Source: Epithemia pelagica (lineage: Eukaryota; Protista; Bacillariophyta). From it: DNA of 64,000 nt. Below the pieces are notes generated by a model. The model searched no databases. It was given only the letters and a program-made list of their open reading frames with translations, and was not told the origin of the DNA. The DNA is taken from positions 3,782,001 through 3,846,000 of the forward strand of contig OX337231.1 of NCBI GenBank assembly GCA_946965045.2. Reading direction: 5' to 3'. Both the position numbers and the translations under genes were made by a program. This document shows, piece after piece, positions 55,599 through 64,000 of this stretch; the stretch's first letter is position 1, and each line of letters starts with the position of its first letter.

Positions 55599-56024
55599 AT
55601 GACTCTGAGCTGAAGAGGAAGAAGAAAAGGAGCTAAGGGCACAATGGCCTGGGAAGGTCAAGAAATATCCGGATCGGACTAAGTAGGTCCATATGATCCG
55701 CCCAAGGATCTAGTCTCGTTGAATATCTGACTTGCAACGGAGCCAGACCGGACTAGTGAGGGGTGTGGTCTGCTACTGCGCACACCCTGGGCAATGGCGG
55801 ACGCGCCTGTTCTTTGCCGTTGAAAAGAAAAAGCCTGCCATGCGACCATGCGTTTTATCCACTTATGTGGCGCGGGACGATAATGCAGCTGTGCACGCTC
55901 TCTACCTTGGTGATCGCTCATGTATCTACTTCAATGAATGAATGAGGGTAAGGTGCGCAAGACGCACACAGTTCCGAATACTGGAAAGTCTGAGAGAGTC
56001 CATCAAGAAAGATCTATTTGAATC

Positions 56025-57509
56025 ATGGCAGCACCCGATGCCGCAGCTCTGCTCCAAGAGCTAGATGACTACTGGTTGAATACGTTACAAATTCAACAGC
56101 AAACAGTTCGAGATGCCCTGTATGCTCAGGGCTTACTATCAGCGAGCGACTTCCTCGGCTTGACGGAAGAAGACGTCGCCGAAATTTGCAATAATGCAAG
56201 GAAGCCAGGAGGAACCGTTCCGAATCCAGCCTTTGACCCGTTGAACCCGGTTGTCGGCATATCCCCTACCATTACGAATCCAGGAGTGTTAGTGGGCCAT
56301 GTAATCGAGAAGAGATTGAAGATGATGAGATACTACATTCATCATTTGATGAAAGTCTCACGCTCTTTTGACCCTGCTGCACCTGCCTCATCGCTACCAA
56401 ATCTTCAAGACCTATATCGATTCAAGGAAAGTGAAGACGAGTACAAGAACAAGGACATTGAACTGCCTGAGAAGCTGACTGCAGTAGAAAATATCCGTAC
56501 CGTACTGGAAGATTTGGACGATTACTTCGAAAGAAAAAGAGGAGTAACTGGCATTCCCTTGGCCGCTTACACTCGTCCACTCAATACAGTACCACCTCTG
56601 AATCTTGATCCGGGCTATGGTCGGCCAAGTATTATCCAAGAGCTTGTGCGACGAGCACCGCACACAGGACCAACAGCCCTAACCGACAATGAAGCAGTAT
56701 GGGACGCAGTCAGGCACGTAACCCATGATGGACCGGGATGGGGCTGGGTACAGATGTACAGCCGTAACAGGGACGGCAGAGGAGCCTACAGAGCCCTCAG
56801 AAATCACTACTTCGGAGATGCCTATCAAACTCGTTTGCGAGCGAAGGCAGACCAAATGTTGGAGACAAACTATTACGACGGCTCAAAACGTAACTTTACC
56901 TACGAGAAATATATTGAGTCCTTGCAGAAGGCCTTTTCTGATCTCGAATCCACAGGAGAATTCGTGAGTGAAGAAAGGAAGATCCGTATTCTTCTCACGG
57001 GTATTCATGACACGCGACTTGAGAGTGCCAAGAATCAGATCCTAGCATCCCCAAATCTCCGAATCTCGTTTGAAGTGGCATCAGGTTATCTCGCAGAAGT
57101 ACTAGACAACAAGGTTTCCTACAGCGCTACTACGAGAAGGGCCAGGATTTCCGCTGTCCAATCAAGCGGCAACAAGAAAAACAACAAAGGCAACAATAAG
57201 AATACCCCGACCAAATTCGATCCAAACAACCCAAACAAGTACTATCCTTACAAGTTATGGGTAAAGCTCACACCTGAGCAACAACAATTGGTTCGAGACT
57301 CGCGAGACAAGCAAAATAGCAGCAGTAAGAAACGTACTGCATCAGGAGTAAACTCGAACAAGAAGAAAAGGAAGAACAATGACGGCTCATCGTCGGCGAC
57401 AGACACGACAGAAGATTTGACAAGTAACGGAGATGACCCCTCGGAAGATAGAGAAGCTGGCATTGGTGCTATCATGAGCCAAAGGAAGAAGCGAAATGAC
57501 CGAGTCTGA
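56025..57509 (+). CDS. gag: Gag (494 aa)
   Basis: First ORF of the element, with RDGRGAYRAL..HYFG, YYDGSKRNFTYEKY, KIRILL.GI and Y....W..LTPEQ. No CCHC knuckle seen. Confidence 0.85.
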   Translation: MAAPDAAALLQELDDYWLNTLQIQQQTVRDALYAQGLLSASDFLGLTEEDVAEICNNARKPGGTVPNPAFDPLNPVVGISPTITNPGVLVGHVIEKRLKMMRYYIHHLMKVSRSFDPAAPASSLPNLQDLYRFKESEDEYKNKDIELPEKLTAVENIRTVLEDLDDYFERKRGVTGIPLAAYTRPLNTVPPLNLDPGYGRPSIIQELVRRAPHTGPTALTDNEAVWDAVRHVTHDGPGWGWVQMYSRNRDGRGAYRALRNHYFGDAYQTRLRAKADQMLETNYYDGSKRNFTYEKYIESLQKAFSDLESTGEFVSEERKIRILLTGIHDTRLESAKNQILASPNLRISFEVASGYLAEVLDNKVSYSATTRRARISAVQSSGNKKNNKGNNKNTPTKFDPNNPNKYYPYKLWVKLTPEQQQLVRDSRDKQNSSSKKRTASGVNSNKKKRKNNDGSSSATDTTEDLTSNGDDPSEDREAGIGAIMSQRKKRNDRV

Positions 57510-60500
57510 CATAGAGTCAGTACGGTAGCAAGTGAAATAACTGTTATGACGGCAACGTGTGAATTGGATAGTCACGCGGACACTTGCTGCCTTGGAGATG
57601 TCTGTCAGGTCCTATATACGACAGGCAAAGCAGAAGTCAGTGGTTTTACAAATTCACTTGGAAGCATCAAAGAAACTCCAATCATCACTGGAGTAGTCGC
57701 CTATGATGACCCCAAATCAAATGAAACATACCTCTTATATTTTCATCAGGCCCTCCATTTACCGATGATGAATAAATGTTTGTTAAACCCCAACCAGATG
57801 AGAGAAGCAGGAGTCAAAGTGAATGACGTTCCTCTAAAATATATCAAGAGTGAGGACAGGAACAGTCACTCGCATTCAATCATAGCTCCTTTCTCAGATG
57901 AAAGTGACCATCTTGTCATCCCATTCGACTTGGTTGGGAGCTCCTTCACAGTAAGGAAACCAACTTGGGATGAAATCAAGAATATAGATCCGAGCAACAG
58001 GATCCATATGACTAACGACACACCGGAGTGGGATCCGAATGACTTGGCAGACGCCGACAAAAGGAAACTCCGTGTCGATTTAGAAACAGATGCAGTTCGA
58101 AAGAAAGAATCAAGAGACTTGCATCAAAGGATGACCCGAATGGTTCGGGTAAACACAAGGACGATTGCTGATTTGAGGCATCGTCGAAAGGGGACCGTGG
58201 ACCCTGTAACTCTATCAAGAAGATGGGGAATAGGTATCCCATTGGCTGAGAAGACTTGTTCGGCCACAACGCAATTGGGAGTACGAGACTTTACTGACTC
58301 TATTGGAAGTAAGAGATTACGCCATACAGCGTATCAGTTAAAGCACAGACGGTTAAGAGCGGACGTCTACACAGATACCCTCTTCTCAGACGTCAAGTCA
58401 CTTGGTCAGAATACATGCGGACAAGTGTACGCGACAGATTTTGGATGGGTAGAGTTCTATCCCATGCAACGAAAGAAGGATGCACATAAGACACTTGAAA
58501 GAGTATTCAGTGACTATGGCATCTTTAATAGTGTCATACCTGACAATGCACCTGAGTTAACAAGCGGTAACTTCAGGAAGACGGCGCACAAGTTCAGCTG
58601 CCGGATCAAACCAATCGAAGCATACACTCCTAACCAGAATCTGGCTGAAGCCAATATTCGGGAACTAAAAAGGATGTATCGCCGTGAAATGAGAAGGACT
58701 AATTGTCCCTCAGTCCTGTGGGATCACTGCCTTGAACTAATGGCAGCAAGGAGATCTCACACAGTCTTGTCGACTAGTCCATTCAATACCGGTCCACCCC
58801 TAACTACATTGACAGGGGACACACCTGATATTTCTCACCTTGTGGAACATCGGTGGTACGACCCGGTTTGGTACTCCAATCCTGGGTTTGAAGGTCGAAA
58901 GTTGGGACGATGGCTCGGACCTAGTCGAAGCGTCGGTCAAGCCATGAGCTCGAAAATCCTAACTGACAAAGGGAAAATTATATACAGGACGTCGGTTTGG
59001 CCCCTGTCTTCGGAGAAATCACATGATGAAACCTTCACAGCACAGCGTGAACAATATGACGCTAATTTAAAAGCCGTATTGGGTGCAAGATTTGAAGGAA
59101 TGCCGAAAGAACAAGGAGAACCCGATGAAGATGGCACGGATACTCCGTTTTACGACGCATATGAGGATGATGAACAGGAAGATGTTCGGAAGCCTGACCT
59201 AGACCAATACAAGACAGATTCCTATGACAAGCTCATTGCAGCGAAAGTCATGCTACCTTTGGGAGGATCATTGCGTCAGGGGCAAGTCAAGCGACGGAAA
59301 AGAAATGCAGACGGCAACCTCATTAGAAGACCTTCAACGAACCCTATCCTAGACACGACCATGTACGAGGTCGAATTTCAAGATGGTCACGTGGAGTCTT
59401 ACGCGGCAAACCTTATCGCGGAAAACATCTACAAACAACTTGACGAAGAGGGCAATAAGTATCGGCTCCTGAGCAGTATCATTGATCACAAGAAAGATGC
59501 ATCGGCTATCTCTATCTCAGATGGTACCTTCCATTGGAACGGGAGAGAGCATAAGAAAAGAACTACCAGAGGTTGGTCATTGTGTGTCGAATGGAAAGAC
59601 GGGTCAACATCTTGGGAGAAGTTGCAAGATCTCAAGGAATCCAATCCCTTGGAAGTCGCGGAATATGCTGTAGCCAATCTTATAGACAAGGAGCCAGCAT
59701 TTGCATGGTGGGTCGCTTTCGCTCTGAAGCGACGGGATCGGCTGATCAAGGCGGCCAAGTCGACTCGATATTTCCGCAAATCACAAAAATACGGTATCGA
59801 ACTGCCCAAAACGGTAGAAAGGGCGTTGGAGATTGACCGAGAGACCGGTACTGATTTCTGGGCTAAGGCATTGCAACTAGAAATGTCAAAGATATTCCCA
59901 GCAGTAAAGATACTGGATGAGGGAATGCCGCAGCCCGTTGGTCACAAAGTAATTCCCTGCCATATCGTCTTTGACGTAAAGATGGACTTTACGCGAAAGG
60001 CGAGATATGTTGCAGGTGGCCACAAGACAGGAGAGCCTGAGACACCGACCTATGCGAGCGTTGTTTCCAGGGAAAGTGTGAGAATTGGGTTCATGTTGGC
60101 AGCATTGAATGGAGTGGACGTGACGGCCGCAGATATAGCCGGGGCTTACCTCAATGCCCCATGTCACGAAAGGATTTGTACACTCTGCGGTCTCGAATTC
60201 GGAAAGGAATACGAAGGACGTTACGCAGTAATAACAAAGGCACTCTATGGCCTCAAAACCAGTGCATTCGCCTGGAGAGAGCACCTGTCCACAACTCTAC
60301 AAGAATTGTTGGGATTCAAGCCCTGCAAGGCTGACCCTGACGTGTATTTGCGACCAGCAAAGAAACAAGATGGTTCTTTATATTATGAACTCGTGTTCAT
60401 TTATATTGACGACGTACTCGTAATCTCGCACAGGGGACGTGAAATTCTCAACATGCTTGGCCAGCATTATCTATTGAAACCGGACTCAATAGGTCCACCC

Positions 60501-60725
60501 AAGATTTACCTTGGAAACGAAATTCAGACTTTTGACATCGACAACGACGTATCTAAACGGTGTTGGGCATTGAGCTCAAAGAAATATGCCAGTGAAGCCA
60601 TCCGTAATGTAAAGATTTGGCTGGAGGAAAGAGACATGATGCTCAAGACAAGAGTAGCAGGAGTACTCCCATCTGGATACAGACCCGAATTGGACACGTT
60701 GTCCTACTGTGACCAAGAATGGTAA
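57510..60725 (+). CDS. pol: Pol: protease, integrase, reverse transcriptase (in frame with gag; ATG at 57546)
   Basis: Protease CELDSHADTCC. Integrase YTDTLF..PDNAPEL..NLAEANIRELK. RT DFWAKALQLEM, FDVKMDFTRKARYVAGGH, ADIAGAYLNA, KALYGLK, YIDDVL. Confidence 0.92.
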   Translation, partial: HRVSTVASEITVMTATCELDSHADTCCLGDVCQVLYTTGKAEVSGFTNSLGSIKETPIITGVVAYDDPKSNETYLLYFHQALHLPMMNKCLLNPNQMREAGVKVNDVPLKYIKSEDRNSHSHSIIAPFSDESDHLVIPFDLVGSSFTVRKPTWDEIKNIDPSNRIHMTNDTPEWDPNDLADADKRKLRVDLETDAVRKKESRDLHQRMTRMVRVNTRTIADLRHRRKGTVDPVTLSRRWGIGIPLAEKTCSATTQLGVRDFTDSIGSKRLRHTAYQLKHRRLRADVYTDTLFSDVKSLGQNTCGQVYATDFGWVEFYPMQRKKDAHKTLERVFSDYGIFNSVIPDNAPELTSGNFRKTAHKFSCRIKPIEAYTPNQNLAEANIRELKRMYRREMRRTNCPSVLWDHCLELMAARRSHTVLSTSPFNTGPPLTTLTGDTPDISHLVEHRWYDPVWYSNPGFEGRKLGRWLGPSRSVGQAMSSKILTDKGKIIYRTSVWPLSSEKSHDETFTAQREQYDANLKAVLGARFEGMPKEQGEPDEDGTDTPFYDAYEDDEQEDVRKPDLDQYKTDSYDKLIAAKVMLPLGGSLRQGQVKRRKRNADGNLIRRPSTNPILDTTMYEVEFQDGHVESYAANLIAENIYKQLDEEGNKYRLLSSIIDHKKDASAISISDGTFHWNGREHKKRTTRGWSLCVEWKDGSTSWEKLQDLKESNPLEVAEYAVANLIDKEPAFAWWVAFALKRRDRLIKAAKSTRYFRKSQKYGIELPKTVERALEIDRETGTDFWAKALQLEMSKIFPAVKILDEGMPQPVGHKVIPCHIVFDVKMDFTRKARYVAGGHKTGEPETPTYASVVSRESVRIGFMLAALNGVDVTAADIAGAYLNAPCHERICTLCGLEFGKEYEGRYAVITKALYGLKTSAFAWREHLSTTLQELLGFKPCKADPDVYLRPAKKQDGSLYYELVFIYIDDVLVISHRGREILNMLGQHYLLKPDSIGPPKIYLGNEIQTFDIDNDVSKRCWALSSKKYASEAIRNVKIWLEERDMMLKTRVAGVLPSGYRPELDTLSYCDQEW

Positions 60726-61481
60726 TCTTTCTTTCAACAACAGATTGGAGTCCTCCGATGGCTAGTGGAACTCGGAAGGATCGATATAACAACAGAGGTC
60801 TCAATGTTGGCTGTTTACTTGGCTGGTCCAAGGGAAGGACATGTACATGCTCTCCTTCATGTTTTCGCTTACATCAATCAATATGACAGATCAAGATTGG
60901 TGTTGGATCCATCATATATTGTCCATGGGGAGGAGCCGTTGGCAGATTGGTCCGGGTTCTATCCCGATGCAAAGGAAGACATTCCACCCGATGCACCTGA
61001 ACCATTGGGTAAACCGGTGCAAATCACTGTCTTCGTTGATTCTGATCACGCGGGTGATTTGGTGACTCGTCGTTCTAGGACGGGAGTCTTGGTCTTCTTA
61101 AATCGTTCGCCAGTAAATTGGTATTCAAAGAAGCAGACAAGCGTCGAGACTTCGACGTTTGGTTCTGAGTTCATGGCCCTGAAAGTGGGTATCGAGATGA
61201 CCAAGGGCTTGAGATACAAATTGAGAATGTTGGGTGTGCCTCTGGACAGTCATGCACACATCAGAGTTGACAATATGTCAGTGGTACAGAACAGTACCAG
61301 ACCAGAATCCATTCTCCGCAAGAAATCGAATGCCATCGCCTATCATTTCGTAAGAGAAAATGTCGCAAACGGAGTATGTCGAATTGCATATGAGCCATCA
61401 AAGTCAAATCTTGCCGATCTCTTGACTAAAGTTCAGACCGGCACAGAAAGGAAGCGACTAGCGGAGATGATTTTGTACTAA
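60726..61481 (+). CDS. pol: Pol C-terminus (end of RT and RNase H), separated by an in-frame TAA
   Basis: QQQIGVLRWLVELGRIDI, VFVDSDHAGD, WYSKKQ.SVETSTFGSEF.A, VDN.SV, NLADLLTK. Same frame as upstream pol. Confidence 0.88.
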   Translation, partial: SFFQQQIGVLRWLVELGRIDITTEVSMLAVYLAGPREGHVHALLHVFAYINQYDRSRLVLDPSYIVHGEEPLADWSGFYPDAKEDIPPDAPEPLGKPVQITVFVDSDHAGDLVTRRSRTGVLVFLNRSPVNWYSKKQTSVETSTFGSEFMALKVGIEMTKGLRYKLRMLGVPLDSHAHIRVDNMSVVQNSTRPESILRKKSNAIAYHFVRENVANGVCRIAYEPSKSNLADLLTKVQTGTERKRLAEMILY

Positions 61482-61623
61482 GTGCGTTTCCCACTGTTGG
61501 AAAACAGGTTTGGGTACGTCCTGCAGTCAGATGATGAACTGATCTTTAAGCAGGTCCAGTTGGAATGGATAGAAGGAGTAGAGGAAATTGCATGATGACG
61601 ATAGTTGGGAACTATCGAATCAC

Positions 61624-61631
61624 GAGGGGAC
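61624..61631 (+). promoter_or_regulatory. Polypurine tract
   Basis: GAGGGGAC immediately 5' of the 3' LTR. Confidence 0.55.
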
Positions 61632-61744
61632 CGAGAAAGGGTCGCGTTTATGAGCGAAAGTTTAGCGATAGATAGCTCCTCTAAGTTGGAGGTGCCTAGT
61701 AGTCACTCTTTATGTTTTTGTATCATCCACACCACGCTATTTTG
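61632..61744 (+). repeat. 3' LTR (113 bp)
   Basis: Identical to 55472-55584. Confidence 0.9.
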
Positions 61745-63302
61745 TGGGGCTGAGAGAGATGTACGATGTAGAGTGTTTCGTAGATGGAGAGGATGCTTGC
61801 TTATTCGTTGTTATCAGAGATCAGAGCATTTATTATAATATTGTACCCAATACCCAATCAGTTTCAAATTGCCCATTGAATTTAGATCTTCCTGGGCCTT
61901 GATTTTCACGGCGCCTTCCTCTTCTTTCGGGGCGGGGCCCTCTAGCTCAAGCTAGCTAGCTGCCTGTTGATGTTGGTGACGCCTCTAGACCGGCCATAGT
62001 CAATCGCCATAGAATAGCCGCTGCAATCTCACGGATATCGATGATCGATGGTCCTTCTCGACACGTCGTGCCATCTCAGAAACTCCGCCAGAGTCCCCCA
62101 AGGCACGACAACCTTTTGCATAAGACCCATTTTCGAAAGCTCAGAAATCCCGAAAGCTCCGAAATCCCACAGTCCCCAAGCAACGCAACGAGACAATCGA
62201 ATCGATAGTCATCACAGTGTACGCCATCTGTCTAGAGGTATAGATCATCATATTGCTCCTGTTGGACGGTGATTCTAGGTCGCTGGCTCGCTCCTGTCCC
62301 CCATCCGGCATGGGTCAAAAAAGAGAAGAGGAGAGGTTTGCCACGTGACTATTTGTATGCGACGGAAACCACGAGGGGGTCCGAATGACCAGGCTGTCGG
62401 CAATGGGAAAAGACATGAATGATACCAGCGCTCAAGATTTTCGCCAGGCGACGACAGAATCTTTTTTGGCTTTGTTGGCAATCATTATTACGACCATAGA
62501 ATATATGGTAATCTTCAAGGACACACTATACGGTGGAACTTTGAACCTTGCCGCATGGATCGATTGGGGTTTGTGCTCCAGTGAAAAAGGCATTCGTCCT
62601 CCGTCCCGTGGAATACGAGGGACGACCCCGTTGTTTCAAATTCGCAGTGTTACTAGGGGAACGCGAATGTTTGCGTGCCTCGTGATTGGTGCAAGTTGTC
62701 GCTGCGCTTTGGTGGAATGGACACGAGCATGCATCATCCACGTTCCTTGCGTTCCAGAAGAAACACGATCCACAAAAGTTCATCAGCATTCATCCCATCG
62801 AAACCTTCCAGTAGAAATACTTTTGACTCTATACAGAGCAATCTCATGGAGCGCCACAAAAGGCTTGTCTACGTATGTATCCCATGGATACGAACTATTC
62901 GACCATGGAGTACAAGCTACCGGTAGTGAGGTAAAGGTGCGGTTCATGTCTCACGCAACAGTGTCCTCTCTCTTGCTTCCGAATCCTGCTCTTTCGAGTC
63001 GCGCAGCACGAGGCACACGTCTCACGTCTCGTCCACCGCGCGTGGACTTGCGACTTCTGGAACGCTTTGGCGTTCACCTGTAGTATTTCTATGAAACCAT
63101 ATATGTATGAGTAACTATAGAGCCGATGGAGGAGTACAGAAAAAGGATAGCGCTCATGTTCACACAGAATTCGTCCATCATCATCCTCGCAAGAGAGACG
63201 AGAGATGGATCGACTTGGTTTGCCTCTTGATTCTATTATTATAGTTTCTCTCACCCTCGTTCCAGACGTACTCTCTCTGTCGATCCGTATCATCCCACCA
63301 CC

Positions 63303-64000
63303 ATGACAACAAGTACCACTTCCAACCACAACAACGACCAGCAAGACAGTAGTAGCATGAGTAGCTTTGAAGAGATTAGCAACGGCTGGAAGGATGACAA
63401 CAACGCCGAGGAGCAGGACGAAGAAGACGAAGAAGACGAGTATCACTATGAATACGAAGAGGATGATGAAGATCCCAATGAAAGTGAGGATGATGAGGAC
63501 GGAATGGAACCACCACCAGACGACAACCACAACAACAACGTGGCTGCAGACACACACCACGAATCTGGAGGAACCGAGAGTCCGGCTGTTCCACGAGTCC
63601 AAGTGATTTGGAATCCCAACCACCAGCACGGAATTCCCTTTTACAAGGAGGAGGAGGAGGATGGCAAACCTGCCGCCCGCTCTCCACTGGCAGCGGTTGC
63701 GGTTGCCACGACAAATGTACCTGACCACCCAACGGCATGGACGACCCGTGGTGGTGGTGGTGGTGGTGGTGGTGGTGACTCGTCCTCCTCGGTGGCCTCC
63801 TCCTCCTGGACCAGCGTTGGTGGTGGTGATCCACGAGACCTGGAATCGAGTAGCCAAACTTCCGCAAGTGTCGCCTCTTCGTTTGTTCCGGTACAACGCC
63901 TGAATGCCCTGCAACTCGGTACTGAGGATGCAACAGGCGGCGTGTCATCGGTGGCCTCTAATTCCTGGAGCTATCCGTTTCCAGGGTCCACGGACGGCGA
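63303..64000 (+). CDS. 3'-partial acidic low-complexity protein (absent from the ORF track because it has no stop within the window)
   Basis: ATG at 63303 opens MTTSTTSNHNNDQQDSSSMSSFEEISNGWKDDNNAEEQDEEDEEDEYHYEYEEDDED.., with no stop before the window edge. Confidence 0.7.
   Translation, partial: MTTSTTSNHNNDQQDSSSMSSFEEISNGWKDDNNAEEQDEEDEEDEYHYEYEEDDEDPNESEDDEDGMEPPPDDNHNNNVAADTHHESGGTESPAVPRVQVIWNPNHQHGIPFYKEEEEDGKPAARSPLAAVAVATTNVPDHPTAWTTRGGGGGGGGGDSSSSVASSSWTSVGGGDPRDLESSSQTSASVASSFVPVQRLNALQLGTEDATGGVSSVASNSWSYPFPGSTDG

Larger units (their letters stand above)
55472..61744 (+). mobile_element. Ty1/copia LTR retrotransposon (diatom CoDi-like), 6273 bp
   Basis: Direct terminal repeats enclose gag and pol with domain order PR-INT-RT-RNaseH. 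TGGG occurs on both flanks (55468-55471 and 61745-61748). Confidence 0.95.

Noticed and set aside
30168-60725. Alternative genetic code or selenocysteine suggested by several single in-frame stops (30168 TGA, 54407 TAA, 57507 TGA, 60723 TAA)
   Set aside because: The stop types are mixed, TGA 30168 aligns to Gly rather than Cys, and intact genes (cofilin, spondin, GH16) use TAA or TGA as normal terminators.
62385-63083. 232-aa ORF downstream of the copia element
   Set aside because: No recognisable motif and none of the compositional signatures of the real genes in this window.
62895-63914. 339-aa hydrophobic minus-strand ORF
   Set aside because: Antisense shadow of the acidic plus-strand frame starting at 63303. 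GAA/GAC/GAT runs read as F/V/I on the opposite strand.

Overview
Eukaryotic nuclear DNA, very probably from a diatom. This is inferred from a silicanin-like protein, two bipartite plastid-targeting presequences, spliceosomal introns, abundant CAA/GAT/GTT microsatellite-encoded low-complexity protein and a diatom-type Ty1/copia element. About 20 host genes or gene fragments are supportable: a USP8-dimerisation-like protein, two members of an unnamed 'VxF..W..RGLE' family, a silicanin-like protein, a UIM-repeat ADP-ribosyltransferase, three copies of an unrecognised helical domain, a bacterial-type spondin, an ABHD/YheT hydrolase, a GH16 with four bacterial-type repeats, an interrupted Cys-rich modular gene, an MGC-lipidated protein, cofilin, a DNL zinc finger, three TPR-like paralogues (one a pseudogene), a plastid membrane protein and a 3'-truncated acidic protein. 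There are two mobile elements: a 927-bp hAT derivative with a perfect 8-bp TSD, and a 6.27-kb Ty1/copia with identical 113-bp non-TG..CA LTRs. The most novel-looking region is 10.2-20.4 kb, where three paralogues of the unrecognised domain are interleaved with the ubiquitin-binding ART and with a spondin gene bracketed by inverted repeats. All family assignments come from motif recognition by eye; no database searches were run.
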